From Cyanobacteria bacterium P01_A01_bin.123 (GTDB taxonomy: Bacteria; Cyanobacteriota; Cyanobacteriia; Phormidesmidales; Phormidesmidaceae), in assembly GCA_039815185.1 (NCBI GenBank), contig JBCBZT010000004.1, positions 32,001 through 96,000 on the forward strand: a stretch of DNA of 64,000 bases, in the 5' to 3' direction. Below the pieces are notes generated by a model. That model was not told the DNA's origin. It made no database searches and saw nothing but the letters and a program-made list of their open reading frames with translations. Positions within the stretch are counted from its first letter, which is position 1. Every line of letters begins with the position of its first letter. This document shows positions 9,668 through 20,434 of the stretch, in pieces. The position numbers and the translations under genes are program-made.

Positions 9668-10603
9668 GTGGATATGACCCAAACAGAGACGCCCATTAAG
9701 CTAATTTATATTGCCGGGTGGGGCCGCAGCGGCAGCACCCTCATGGCTCGCATCTTGGGTGAAGTCGAAGGATTCTTCCATGGCGGTGAGCTCCGCACGA
9801 TTTGGGTTGATGGGTTTAAGCCCAAAGGGCAGTGTGGCTGCGGTGTTCCGGTTAAAGACTGCGAGGTTTGGCAAGCGGTTTTAGACAAGGGCTTTTCTGA
9901 TTTAGCGCCGTTAGACTATAAAGCCTTAAATACCCTACGGCTGCAAACTGAGCCGCGTACCCACGAAATTTTGCTGAGTCAGTTCGGCTTATTGGGCAAA
10001 CAAAAGCTCGCTGCCCGCATGGAAAAACATCTTGATGTTCTGCGTCGGCTCTACAGTGCCGTTCAAACCACGACGGGATGCAGCGTCATTGTGGATGACT
10101 CGTTGCATCCGGGCCATGGGCTGGCCTTATCACTAATGCCTCAAATTCAGCTCTATGTGGTTCACCTGGTGCGTGACCCGAGGGCAACGGCCTATTCCTG
10201 GTGGAAACGGCAAAAAAATGGTCTGGGCACTTATACCCTTAAAGAAAATGCTCTGGGTTGGGATTTGCGTAACGCTGTTGTCGATTTACTGGGGCGTTCT
10301 CAGCGCGATCGCTACATTAGGGTTTTGTACGAAGATTTTGTTAAAGATCCGCTACGGGTTACTCAATCCATTATCAACTTGGTTGGGGAAACCGATAAAA
10401 AACTGCCTTTTGTCAATTCCCATGAGGTCAGTCTAAGCGTCAGCCACAGCGTGTTTGGCAATCCCAACCGCACAGACACGGGGACGATTTTGATTAAAGG
10501 GGATGATCGCTGGAAATCTGATATGGATGATCGTAGCAAGCGCAATGTCACCCTGTTTACCTGGCCGTTGCTGGTGCGATATGGCTATGGTTTTCGACCA
10601 TGA
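9668..10603 (+). CDS. Sulfotransferase family protein
   Basis: GWGRSGST (5'-PSB), LVRDPRATAYS (3'-PB), YEDFVKDP and a CGCG..C motif. Confidence 0.88.
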   Translation: MDMTQTETPIKLIYIAGWGRSGSTLMARILGEVEGFFHGGELRTIWVDGFKPKGQCGCGVPVKDCEVWQAVLDKGFSDLAPLDYKALNTLRLQTEPRTHEILLSQFGLLGKQKLAARMEKHLDVLRRLYSAVQTTTGCSVIVDDSLHPGHGLALSLMPQIQLYVVHLVRDPRATAYSWWKRQKNGLGTYTLKENALGWDLRNAVVDLLGRSQRDRYIRVLYEDFVKDPLRVTQSIINLVGETDKKLPFVNSHEVSLSVSHSVFGNPNRTDTGTILIKGDDRWKSDMDDRSKRNVTLFTWPLLVRYGYGFRP

Positions 10604-11049
10604 GCCTTCCTGGTATTGAACCGCAACCCGTTGAAGTCGCGATCGCGATTTTGTACCAAGATAATCACTGTTTGATGCAGCTCCGGGATGATATCCCGAC
10701 CATCATCTATCCCGGTCACTGGGCTTTCTTTGGGGGGCATCTAGAAGCTGGAGAATCCCCTGACGAGGGAGTGCGACGAGAACTGATGGAAGAAATTGGC
10801 TATGAAGCCCCGTCTCTAACGCTTTTTGATCGCCAAACCACCGGCCACATTACCCGAAATATCTACAGTGGGCCGCTGACCGTGCCTGTCGAGGCACTTA
10901 TTTTGACTGAGGGTATGGATAAAAAACTTTGCACCCGCGATGAAATTGTGCAGGGAGCAGCCTACTCTCCCAAAATCAAGCAAACGCGACCTATTGGCCC
11001 GCCCCATCAAAAGATTTTGCTGGATTTTTTGGCGAAGAATTTGATTTAG
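10600..11049 (+). CDS. NUDIX hydrolase
   Basis: Nudix box GGHLEAGESPDEGVRRELMEEIG. Confidence 0.92.
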   Translation: MSLPGIEPQPVEVAIAILYQDNHCLMQLRDDIPTIIYPGHWAFFGGHLEAGESPDEGVRRELMEEIGYEAPSLTLFDRQTTGHITRNIYSGPLTVPVEALILTEGMDKKLCTRDEIVQGAAYSPKIKQTRPIGPPHQKILLDFLAKNLI

Positions 11050-11050
11050 C

Positions 11051-11082
11051 CTATAGCGAGCCACCCGCAGCGATCGCTATAG
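11051..11082. terminator. Hairpin between convergent genes
   Basis: ctatagcga / tcgctatag inverted repeat between the NUDIX gene and the DUF2808-like gene. There is no clear U-tract. Confidence 0.3.
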
Positions 11083-11721
11083 CTGACGCAAAAAGGGATC
11101 GTTGTCAGGTTCATAGATGCGAATTTGACCATAGCCGAGAAATTGAGATTGAGGCTGGGCGGCAGCTGGAGTAGCCGTAATTCCAAAAAGATAGGTGCCG
11201 CCCCAACGGGGATTACGCCTGGGATAGAGGTTCAAAATAATCTCTTGACCGGGTGATACAGGTTGGGCAAAGGCAAAGGTAATGGCCTCGGTTTCAGGGT
11301 CTTGATTTATCGAAGCTAGCGGCAGTTCTACCGTCGTCCCATCACTGAGCTTGCCGTAGGCCTGGCTGGCATCCAGTTGGTACCGCAGCTGGGCTGAACG
11401 GGGATTACGCTGGGCCACGGTGAGACTGCCAAGGGCTTCTCCTGCATCGGCGGGTAAAGCAATGTTGAAGGTATAAACAGCGTTACGTGCAGAAGCGCGA
11501 TCGCGACTAGTGGTCGCACTGAGTAATCTGGGAAGTTGAGCAAAGGCGTTAGAACCGTCTAGCAACTCCACTGCAACTGCGGGCAGCGGTGAAACGGTTG
11601 AAGGTAACGCACTGATCAAGGCGCCCAATCCGAGGAGTAGGGCACAGCTAGGGGGCAGTAACCTAGCTAACCCGAAAGCAGGGTAGTGAGGAGAATCAAA
11701 CTGGGAACGTGGATTGGCCAT
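11077..11721 (-). CDS. DUF2808-like exported protein
   Basis: Signal-like N-terminus and PVSPGQ..RNPRWGGTYLFGITA..QFLGYG motifs typical of cyanobacterial DUF2808 proteins. Confidence 0.75.
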   Translation of the reverse strand: MANPRSQFDSPHYPAFGLARLLPPSCALLLGLGALISALPSTVSPLPAVAVELLDGSNAFAQLPRLLSATTSRDRASARNAVYTFNIALPADAGEALGSLTVAQRNPRSAQLRYQLDASQAYGKLSDGTTVELPLASINQDPETEAITFAFAQPVSPGQEIILNLYPRRNPRWGGTYLFGITATPAAAQPQSQFLGYGQIRIYEPDNDPFLRQL

Positions 11722-11969
11722 GGAGAATATACCTGAAATGTCTAGGTTTAAGGGATGAGAGGCTGTCTGATCACCCTAAGACTGATGGGGAATTGGCCTA
11801 AGCAAAAGCCCCCGATTGCTAAGTAGATACTGGGTAGCCAAGCAGTTGAAGTTTTCTATCACAACTCTAAGATTGCTATCGATTCCTAAGCGTTGCGGCT
11901 ACTTCTTCAATGTTAAACCGTTAAATTGGCTACGCTGAGAGCATAAATGGTTTGAACGGAATAATACCT

Positions 11970-12506
11970 ATGTTTGCTACAAGTAACGTTAGCTTCAATC
12001 GCCCCAGATGGCAGACGCTGGTTATGGCTGCGGTGGGGTTTTGGATGAGCGCCAGCCTTTGTGTTGACTTGCTTGTCATGCCCAGTCTCTACACTGCTGG
12101 CATGATGACTCAGGCGGATTTTGCCACGGCGGGTTACGAAATGTTTTGGCTGTTTAACCGGGTTGAACTTGTTTGCGCAGCGCTGGCGTTGACTGGTTTG
12201 TTTGCCCTACGCCAACGTCGGGATGCCTTTTCGATCATTGTCAGTGGTGGCCGTAGCCGTTGGGCCGTGATGTTGGCGGGGCTACTGCTAGCGATCGCGC
12301 TGTGTTACACCTACTTTTTGTCTCCTGAGATGAGCGCTTTGGGCTTGCAGCTCAATGCTGAGATTGGGACAACGGTTGAAGTACCCGCCGAAATGACCGT
12401 GATGCACGGGGTTTATTGGGGACTGGAAGTGCTCAAGCTGCTGGCGAGTGGAGCACTACTGAGTCTTTGCTATCGCGATATGCTAGCCCCAACTGCTGAA
12501 GTATAA
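11970..12506 (+). CDS. DUF4149-like membrane protein
   Basis: Four hydrophobic helices with FNRVEL and MHGVYWGLEVLKL motifs. The ATG at 11970 is preferred over the TTG at 11952. Confidence 0.7.
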   Translation: MFATSNVSFNRPRWQTLVMAAVGFWMSASLCVDLLVMPSLYTAGMMTQADFATAGYEMFWLFNRVELVCAALALTGLFALRQRRDAFSIIVSGGRSRWAVMLAGLLLAIALCYTYFLSPEMSALGLQLNAEIGTTVEVPAEMTVMHGVYWGLEVLKLLASGALLSLCYRDMLAPTAEV

Positions 12507-12532
12507 AGGATACGGCATAAGGGGTAAGGGGT

Positions 12533-12997
12533 TTGATTTTTGTCAAACGTGACCTAGGTTCGGAGAGAGACACGCTATCCCATCTCCAGCAGCAAGATGG
12601 CCGCTGGAGATGGGTGTGGCGTCGGATTCGCCAGGGCGCGATCGCGCTGTTCATTGCGTTACTGATGCTGATGCTGTTTCCCAGCGCCGTGAACGCTGAT
12701 GTTGATGAAACGGGCGCTGACCCTGCTGACAACGCCGAAGTTTCCCCAGCGCAGCTGTTTGAGATGAACTGTGCCGGATGTCACGCCAACGGCGGCAATA
12801 TTATTCGGCGAGGGAAGACGCTAAAGCAGCGATCGTTGCAGCGCAATCGCATGGATTCCGTTGACGCGATCAAAACCATTGTTACCCAAGGCAAAAATAA
12901 TATGTCTGCCTACGGCGATCGCTTGAGTCCTGTTGAGATTGAAGCGGTTGCTGTTTATGTTTGGCAACAAGCTCAAGCCGATTGGCCCCGCAAGTAA
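12533..12997 (+). CDS. Cytochrome c6-like protein (c6B/c6C type)
   Basis: CAGCH haem motif, GGNIIRRGKTL and GKNNMSAY with axial Met, plus a signal peptide. The start is uncertain. Confidence 0.85.
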   Translation: MIFVKRDLGSERDTLSHLQQQDGRWRWVWRRIRQGAIALFIALLMLMLFPSAVNADVDETGADPADNAEVSPAQLFEMNCAGCHANGGNIIRRGKTLKQRSLQRNRMDSVDAIKTIVTQGKNNMSAYGDRLSPVEIEAVAVYVWQQAQADWPRK

Positions 12998-13022
12998 CCC
13001 GCCTAGCGATCTCTGTGTGGCC

Positions 13023-15851
13023 TTATCCAACGTGTTTGCCATGGGTTTCTGACTCTCGGAGACTATCTGCCAGCTCGATAATACTGTCGTAGTCATAGTG
13101 GCTAACTTTGAGGGTGAGGCCATGAATCAGCCCGGGATGCTGATGGGGAATCTGTTCAATTGTTTGGCGCAATAGGGTTGCATCAGCCTGAATAGCCGCT
13201 TCGTAAAGCTGTTGAATCCAGCTGGCAGGCATCACTGCTAAAGCATCTGCAGTGAGTGAGACTTGCTGATCGGTGGAGTCATACTCCTGAGCAGAGGTTG
13301 TGGGTGCGTATTGATAGCGGACGCTTAGACAATTCGCCAGCTTGTCGAAGATGACATGCTCTTGGAAAGGTTTGCGGACAAAATCATCACATCCTGCAGC
13401 CAAGACAGTTTCCCGCTTTTCTTCAAAGGCGCTAGCCGTGAGCGCGACGATGGCGGGCGGTTGGGATTGGGCTTTAATCCGACGGGTGGCTTCGTAACCA
13501 TCCATGACGGGCATTCGCATATCCATCAAGATCAGGTGGGGGCGCCAGATTTTTTGTTGAGCGATCGCCTCTTCGCCGTTCACCGCCTCATTCACCTCAA
13601 ATCCGACTTGTTGCAGTAGGGTGGAAATCACTAAGCGATTATCGGGCTGATCATCCACGATCAGAATGCGGAAGCGAGTTTGTCCGGGTGCCAACCCAAT
13701 GACTTTGCGATGGTGAGACGACTTAACAATATCTGTCGGCTCCGCCAATGTGACCTGAATCTGAAACGTGAAGCAGGTTCCTTGTTCTAGCACACTCTCC
13801 ACTTGGATATCACCCCCTAAAAACCGCACAAACTGGCGGCTAATGGCAAGTCCTAGCCCTGTCCCACCTTTGCTGTGATCAATAGAGCGTGATTGAACAA
13901 ACGCATCAAAAATCGTGTTGAGTTCGCTGGGAGGTATGCCAGCGCCAGTATCTTTGATCTGAAAGCAGAGCATTAAGGGATGATTTGGGCTCCAGTCCTG
14001 AGACGTTTGTTCATCCCGTACACTAACCTGGAGCATCACACTGCCAGCCTGGGTAAATTTGATCCCATTGCCCAACAGATTGATCAACACTTGCCGCAGT
14101 TTGCCTTCATCGGTGTAGACATACTGAGGAACCTCTGGAGCACGGTCAAATACTAACGCTAGCCCCTTGGCCTGGGAACGTAGTCGCAGCATTTCTTCTA
14201 AAGTCGCTAATAGCTGATACAGGTCAATGGACTGCACATTTAGTGTGATCCGGCCCGCTTCGATTTTCGACATCTCTAACACATCGTTAATCAGTGCCAA
14301 CAGATGTTCACCGCTGCGGTTAAGAATTTTCAGATTGTTGCGATGATCAGGATGAAGCCGATCATCCCGTAGCAAAATTTGGGCAAATCCGATAATGGCA
14401 TTTAGTGGCGTCCGCAGTTCATGGCTCATATTTGCCAAAAACTCGCTCTTGGCGCGATTAGCCGCGTCCGCAGCTTCTTTGGCGGCTTGGAGGTCTGCCG
14501 TCCGCTGCTGTACCCGATTTTCTAGGTCTTCATTGCTTCTCGCCAGTGCTTGAAATGAGCTGTGGAGCTGTTCGCCCATGTCGTTGAAAGATCGGGTTAG
14601 GATCCTCAACTCGCGAACGCCCCGGGTTTCCACCTGAAGCTTTTTAGCGGGATTCATCTGTTTTTCCCGTGTGCTTTGAGCCAAGGCTTGGCTGACTTCG
14701 CTGAGTTGCAACACTGGCTGGGTGATTCGACGAGCGGTGAATACCCCGATAATAATGGCAACCCCCAACGCGCCCAAACACAGCAAAATGGTGGTACGGG
14801 TACTGGCAGCGATTTGTTCCATGAAATCAGCCTCGGGCACAACTACCACAATCAGCCAGTCAATTCCTCGTTGGTCGGCAAATTTTGACACCTGTACGAA
14901 CTGATTCTGTCCCCCGGCTCGAAAATTGAGCTGGGTATGATCTTGTAACCGGCTCATATCAAGTGTGTCAGCCAAAAAATTTGCGGTCTGTTGTGTCAGT
15001 GGGTTCTCGCTTTCCACTGCTGGTGTCCGTTCCAGGGTGTTATTCCCCATGACCTGATAGGGCTTTTCTCCAGTAGAATTAGCAACCAGCAGTCCAGCAC
15101 TGTCGATGACAAAAGCTTGGCCAGTTTTGCCAATTTCCAAGCTCTCCAGAAATTGACTGATGTCATCCAGAGAAAAATCTACTGCGGTTACCCCGATTAG
15201 GTCATCAGTATTGTTGTAGACCGGTAATACGGCGCTGATAATCAGCTGAGTCACACCAACACTGGCGTAAATGTCGCTCCAGACAGCGCCTTCAAATTCT
15301 ACGGCAGTCTGAAACCAGGGGCGGGTGCGGGCGTCATAGACTTGGGCAGTTGTTTGAATCAGTTGACGACGGTTTCCGGCCTCATCCAGATCATAGTAAT
15401 GACCCAAAAATTCGCTGGAAGAGTCGTTAATGACCACTTGCAGGGCATCGTCACGGGTCTGAGTTATGCCAATAAATGAGCCGTTATCAGCAGCACCAAA
15501 GTAAAGCCAGGTGACATCTTCTAGATATTGCATCTGCTGCCACAGATATTGTTCACTGGCTAGATCTTGGGTCTTTAATTCACCTCGCCGTACTGCATCA
15601 GCATTCACTTGGTTGATCAAGTGGGGAATCTGAGTGTGGTCAGCTAGCCGCTCTTGAATCCGATTGGAGATTTCTCGACGCAGTTGGGAGGCGACTTCGT
15701 TGACGGCTTGCTGACCATTCCGCAGTGAGATATAACCCGTTAGCCCTACCGCCACAACAATTTGCAGCACAAAGGGAATGACCAGTACAGATCGGAGGGA
15801 GATCCTGTCGGATAACGGTTCAGACTTGGATAGAAAACGTTTAATCGCCAT
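13023..15851 (-). CDS. Hybrid sensor histidine kinase (Cache-HAMP-HisKA-HATPase-REC)
   Basis: Two TM helices, YDARTRPWF Cache motif, [11 protein letters not shown]-box, GTGLGL, and REC with LMDMRMP and VRKP. Confidence 0.93.
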   Translation of the reverse strand: MAIKRFLSKSEPLSDRISLRSVLVIPFVLQIVVAVGLTGYISLRNGQQAVNEVASQLRREISNRIQERLADHTQIPHLINQVNADAVRRGELKTQDLASEQYLWQQMQYLEDVTWLYFGAADNGSFIGITQTRDDALQVVINDSSSEFLGHYYDLDEAGNRRQLIQTTAQVYDARTRPWFQTAVEFEGAVWSDIYASVGVTQLIISAVLPVYNNTDDLIGVTAVDFSLDDISQFLESLEIGKTGQAFVIDSAGLLVANSTGEKPYQVMGNNTLERTPAVESENPLTQQTANFLADTLDMSRLQDHTQLNFRAGGQNQFVQVSKFADQRGIDWLIVVVVPEADFMEQIAASTRTTILLCLGALGVAIIIGVFTARRITQPVLQLSEVSQALAQSTREKQMNPAKKLQVETRGVRELRILTRSFNDMGEQLHSSFQALARSNEDLENRVQQRTADLQAAKEAADAANRAKSEFLANMSHELRTPLNAIIGFAQILLRDDRLHPDHRNNLKILNRSGEHLLALINDVLEMSKIEAGRITLNVQSIDLYQLLATLEEMLRLRSQAKGLALVFDRAPEVPQYVYTDEGKLRQVLINLLGNGIKFTQAGSVMLQVSVRDEQTSQDWSPNHPLMLCFQIKDTGAGIPPSELNTIFDAFVQSRSIDHSKGGTGLGLAISRQFVRFLGGDIQVESVLEQGTCFTFQIQVTLAEPTDIVKSSHHRKVIGLAPGQTRFRILIVDDQPDNRLVISTLLQQVGFEVNEAVNGEEAIAQQKIWRPHLILMDMRMPVMDGYEATRRIKAQSQPPAIVALTASAFEEKRETVLAAGCDDFVRKPFQEHVIFDKLANCLSVRYQYAPTTSAQEYDSTDQQVSLTADALAVMPASWIQQLYEAAIQADATLLRQTIEQIPHQHPGLIHGLTLKVSHYDYDSIIELADSLRESETHGKHVG

Positions 15852-15955
15852 AGCCGTCGGGGATGGTATCCCGCGATTCTTGCGATTATCATAATCGGTC
15901 GCGCTACGCTCAGATCTAAATCGTTAGAATTGAAGCCACTACTTACTGCGCTCCT

Positions 15956-18388
15956 ATGCCCGATGCCGTTTCTCGTTGGCAACTCCCTGCTGATGTTGTG
16001 CTCTCTGCCAATTGGATTGCCTCAGTACAGCGGTATACAGGGCTAGACAGACCGCCAAAATTTTTAGCCCATCTGCTTTGGCAGCGAGGCATTCACGGGT
16101 TAGATGCCTTGCCCGGATTTCTCAACCCCAACCACTATCAGCCTGCCAGTCCTTTTGCTCTGGGCCAAGACATGCGGGGGGCGGTGGAACGGTTAGTGCA
16201 GGCGCGGCAAGATTCAGAAAAGGTGGCGATTTGGGGCGATTTTGATGCCGATGGGGTGACGGCAACAGCAGTGTTGTGGGACGGTTTGGGAGAATTTTTC
16301 CCCCAGGGCGATCGCCTGTGTTATTTCATTCCCAATCGGTTAACCGAGTCCCACGGCCTGTCCCCAGCGGGCATTGACCAGTTAGCAGCCTGGGGAGCAA
16401 CACTAATCGTCACCTGCGATACGGGCAGCACCAACTTATCAGAAATCGACTATGCCAGTCGCTTGGGCCTCGACATCATCGTGACTGATCACCATACCCT
16501 AGCTGCTGAGCGTCCGCCTGTGGTGGCAATCATTAACCCGCGATCGCTACCCGAGGATCATCCCCTAGCGACCCTTTCTGGGGTTGCCGTGGCCTACAAG
16601 CTGGTGGAGGCGCTGTACGAAACCCTGCCCAAAGTGCCCCAGCGCCCCCTCGAATCCCTGCTGGATTTGGTGGCCGTTGGCCTCATTGCCGATCTGGTCG
16701 AGCTCAAAGGGGATTGCCGCTATCTGGCTCAGATCGGCATTGAACAACTGCAAACGCATACCCAATCTTCTCCGGAAGCAGCGGCGCGCCCCGGCATTGC
16801 CTACCTGCTGGAGCTGTGCAAACGTAGCGGCGATCGCCCCACAGACATTTCCTTTGGCATTGGCCCCCGCATCAACGCCGTTAGCCGCATCCATGGGGAC
16901 GCTAGCTTTTGTGTAGAACTGCTCACCAGCCGCGATGCGGCTCGCTGTCAGCGCCTCGCCTACGACACCGAACTGGCCAATGCCCGTCGCAAAGCCCTGC
17001 AAAAAGATTTACTGGCTCAAGTTGAGCAGCAACTCGAACGGGTAGATTTATCCACCACTCAAGTGTTAGTGCTTGCTGACCCCCAATGGCCTGTGGGTGT
17101 ACTGGGTTTGGTCGCTGGACAAGTGGCCCAGCGCTACAAACGCCCGACAATTTTGCTGACGGAAGATCTAGAAGCAGATCAAGAAACTGGGGTGGAAAAT
17201 GGTGCGGATTCTGCCAGATTGGCCAGGGGTTCGGCGCGATCGCACAATCGCATCGACCTCTATACCTTGGTGCAACACCAAGCCCATTTGCTCAGTAGCT
17301 TCGGTGGCCATCCCTTTGCGGCTGGGTTGAGTTTACCCGTGGACAATCTACCCCTGTTTCGTGAGGCGATCAACCGCCAACTGCGAGAACAGCAGGGGGC
17401 CGCAGCATTAGAAAACGCTGCCACGATCTACGCCGATATTACGGTCACCGTGGCTGATTTAGGCAAAGCCCTATTCCGCGAACTCAAGTTTTTAGAACCT
17501 TGCGGCATGGGTAATCCGGTACCCCGGCTATTGCTGCGCAACATTTGGTTCAAAAATGCCTGGAATGAAAATATCCGCGATCGCGCCGGGGGCAAACTAC
17601 GCTACATCAAAACCGAATTTGAGCTACACGATAATTCCACTCCGACAGGTTTCCCCGGTCTGTGGTGGGAGCATTACCGCGAAGAATTGCCCAACAGTTT
17701 GTGCGATGCCATTGTGGAACTCGACTTCAACACCTATAAAAAGCGCTACGAAGTGCGACTGCTAGAAATCCGTCCTAGCCAGTTCATGGACGTCTCTCAA
17801 GCACCCGTAGACTGGCTGGTCGATCAGCGTCAAGGGCTTGAATTGCCAGAGTCCACCACAGAAGATGCCGTCGCCGTACCCTCCCAGTCCTCAACGGAAT
17901 TGTCTCCTGAACCAACTGATGGCCTCACCTTGAACCATTGCCCTGAAAACTGGCAAGACTTACAACGCTGGTTATCCCTAGCCAATCAGCAACAGCGCCC
18001 CCTCACATTGGCCTATGGATCTCCGTCAGAGAACCCCCCAGCCGACATTTTTGGCATGCTGATGGGGCTAGCCAAATACCTGCACCGCACGGGCACGACG
18101 GCGACTCGTCCCCAATTGCAGGCTAAGCTCTCCATCAGCGATCGTAGTTTGGCGCTTGGTCTTGGCGCCCTAGAAAACCTTGGCTTTACCCTACATCGTA
18201 GTGAAGCTGGATTGGAGGTGTTAGACGTGCCTAAAGCGATCGTGTCTCCCTACCCGCCAACAGTCTACGACTTTTTCAACGCGGTTGCCGAAGAGCAATT
18301 CCGCCAGCGCTATTTCCATCAGGTGCCGCTAAAAACGTTGCAAGCGATCGCCCAGCAAATGCAGATGGCTATTCAAATAGATAGGTGA
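15956..18388 (+). CDS. recJ: ssDNA exonuclease RecJ (DHH family), paralogue 1 with C-terminal extension
   Basis: GDFDADG, TCDTG, TDHH, GPRINA, RGSARS, GGHPFAAG and LEPCGMGNP. Confidence 0.9.
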   Translation: MPDAVSRWQLPADVVLSANWIASVQRYTGLDRPPKFLAHLLWQRGIHGLDALPGFLNPNHYQPASPFALGQDMRGAVERLVQARQDSEKVAIWGDFDADGVTATAVLWDGLGEFFPQGDRLCYFIPNRLTESHGLSPAGIDQLAAWGATLIVTCDTGSTNLSEIDYASRLGLDIIVTDHHTLAAERPPVVAIINPRSLPEDHPLATLSGVAVAYKLVEALYETLPKVPQRPLESLLDLVAVGLIADLVELKGDCRYLAQIGIEQLQTHTQSSPEAAARPGIAYLLELCKRSGDRPTDISFGIGPRINAVSRIHGDASFCVELLTSRDAARCQRLAYDTELANARRKALQKDLLAQVEQQLERVDLSTTQVLVLADPQWPVGVLGLVAGQVAQRYKRPTILLTEDLEADQETGVENGADSARLARGSARSHNRIDLYTLVQHQAHLLSSFGGHPFAAGLSLPVDNLPLFREAINRQLREQQGAAALENAATIYADITVTVADLGKALFRELKFLEPCGMGNPVPRLLLRNIWFKNAWNENIRDRAGGKLRYIKTEFELHDNSTPTGFPGLWWEHYREELPNSLCDAIVELDFNTYKKRYEVRLLEIRPSQFMDVSQAPVDWLVDQRQGLELPESTTEDAVAVPSQSSTELSPEPTDGLTLNHCPENWQDLQRWLSLANQQQRPLTLAYGSPSENPPADIFGMLMGLAKYLHRTGTTATRPQLQAKLSISDRSLALGLGALENLGFTLHRSEAGLEVLDVPKAIVSPYPPTVYDFFNAVAEEQFRQRYFHQVPLKTLQAIAQQMQMAIQIDR

Positions 18389-18407
18389 GAAGCGCTACAG
18401 GGTATGC

Positions 18408-20168
18408 TCACTGCGATATATTTTGACTAATCAGCGCTGTTGCAGTGATCGAGTCTAGGGGATAGGAGAATATGAATCCTTGCCCATATTGACAAGTCAA
18501 TGAATTTAGAATATTGACGTGTTCCTCTTTTTCTAGTCCTTCTGCCACAACTTCTAAATCTAAATTGTGTGCTAGATCAATGATGGTTGAGGTAATATCA
18601 AAGTTAGTTGGATTCACTTCAATATCCTTGATAAAACAGCTATCTATCTTTAAGGTATTGATCGGCAATAACTGCAAATATGACAAAGATGAATAGCCAG
18701 TTCCAAAGTCATCAATCGATAGGTGAATACCGCGTTCTTGGAGTTGAACTAATAGCTTTGTTATTTCCTTAATATTCTCCATCAATACGCTTTCTGTAAT
18801 TTCCAGTGTCAAGGCATTTCCATCTAGTCTCGCAGACCTAAGGCTATTGTCAATACACTGCAATAAGGTTGGGCTTTGTAGTTGCAGGCTGGAAAGATTA
18901 ATGCTGATTCTGTTAGGACTTGCTACACCAAACTGAGCTTGCCAGCGGGCAAATTGATGACAGGCTTCTGAAATCACCCATTCGCCTAGTGGTACGATTA
19001 ATCCGCTTTCTTCTGCTAATGGAATAAAACTGAGGGGAGGAACCTGCTCCCATTTGGGATGTCGCCATCTGATCAGCGCTTCAAAACTCACAATTTTCTG
19101 AGTGTCCAACCTAAAAATTGGCTGATAATATAGTGATAAATGCTGGGCTTCGATGGCTTTTTGTAACTCTGCTTCAAGATTGAGGCGCTGAATCGCTGCT
19201 TCTTGCATCTGGATGTCGAAGATAACAAAATCGTTTCTCTTCTGGTGTTTAGCAATTTGCATCGCGGTATCAGCAGCCTGGAAAAAATCATCCGGTTCAA
19301 GATAAGGAAGCGTACTCAATGCAATACCGACGGCAGTTGTAGAGGAGACAGTAATCTCATCTAGTTGAAATGGAGGTTCGAGTAACTGTAGTGACTGCTC
19401 CACGTGCTCCTGAATGTCGTTGAGGTTGTTGAGAGAACGCCATAAAATCGCAAATATATTTTCCCCAATCCGAGCTGGAGTGAGGGATGAATTTGTGGCT
19501 TGTTTTAAACGTTCCGCAGCTTCAACAATTAAACGATTACTTAAGGCATGTCCAAAGCCAGATTTGATGATCGAGTATCGTTTGATATCCAGCAGTATTA
19601 GCGCAAATTCGTTACCGTGAGTTTGTTTTGTTGCAATGCTCTGGGCAACCTGCTGCGCCAGCCCATTTTGGTTAAGCAGACCTGTGAGTTGGTCATAAAA
19701 AACTAGATTATGAAGTCTATCGAGTGCCTCCTGAAGCTGTTGCTGCTGGTGTCGCAAGTGAGCAACAAATGTCAATGTTTTGTTAATCGTGATTTCTAGA
19801 TCTTCCATATCAATCGGCTTCGTCAGGAAGTCAAATGCCCCCCGGTTCATAGCTGTCCGAATATTCTCCATATCTCCGTAGGCTGAGATGACCACAGCTT
19901 TCAAAGGCGTCTCAAGCTCGGCTAAGTTTGTCAGCAGGGTTAAGCCATCCATCTCTGGCATCCTGATATCGGTCAGCACCATATCAATCTGATCTTCGGC
20001 GTCATTTAAGACCTGGAGAGCTTCCACACCATTCTGCACAAACTGAAAATTCAGCTCTCCAGCTTGAATGCTCTTTCTAAATCGCTGTCGCAAGAGGCGC
20101 TCTATCTCTATCTCATCATCGACAACTAAGACTAGACTTCCTCGTTCTTCCCTATAACTCATAGTCAT
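18408..20168 (-). CDS. Response regulator REC-GGDEF(degenerate)-EAL, probable c-di-GMP phosphodiesterase
   Basis: REC with LTDIRMP and TKP. The GGDEF motif is replaced by GENIF, while FEALIRW and DDFGTGYSS are intact. Confidence 0.9.
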   Translation of the reverse strand: MTMSYREERGSLVLVVDDEIEIERLLRQRFRKSIQAGELNFQFVQNGVEALQVLNDAEDQIDMVLTDIRMPEMDGLTLLTNLAELETPLKAVVISAYGDMENIRTAMNRGAFDFLTKPIDMEDLEITINKTLTFVAHLRHQQQQLQEALDRLHNLVFYDQLTGLLNQNGLAQQVAQSIATKQTHGNEFALILLDIKRYSIIKSGFGHALSNRLIVEAAERLKQATNSSLTPARIGENIFAILWRSLNNLNDIQEHVEQSLQLLEPPFQLDEITVSSTTAVGIALSTLPYLEPDDFFQAADTAMQIAKHQKRNDFVIFDIQMQEAAIQRLNLEAELQKAIEAQHLSLYYQPIFRLDTQKIVSFEALIRWRHPKWEQVPPLSFIPLAEESGLIVPLGEWVISEACHQFARWQAQFGVASPNRISINLSSLQLQSPTLLQCIDNSLRSARLDGNALTLEITESVLMENIKEITKLLVQLQERGIHLSIDDFGTGYSSLSYLQLLPINTLKIDSCFIKDIEVNPTNFDITSTIIDLAHNLDLEVVAEGLEKEEHVNILNSLTCQYGQGFIFSYPLDSITATALISQNISQ

Positions 20169-20434
20169 ATGTTGTCTGGAATGGAAAACTCACGCAGCCC
20201 CTCCGCCTAATCATAAATATCTTAATAGCGTGAAGAAATATTTCTTCTCAATAGAAAAGCATTTTCTCTGCCCACAAAGTTTCATTAAAATAATTTAAGG
20301 AATTTAACTTGCTTAATATCAAGAGGCGTTAACCTCTGATGGCATTTGGTTCAAATGTCATGGGTGAGCTGGGAAACTGTTTGCGGTTTTTAGCTTGTTA
20401 GTATAACTCTAGACATTAGATAATGTAGATATTG

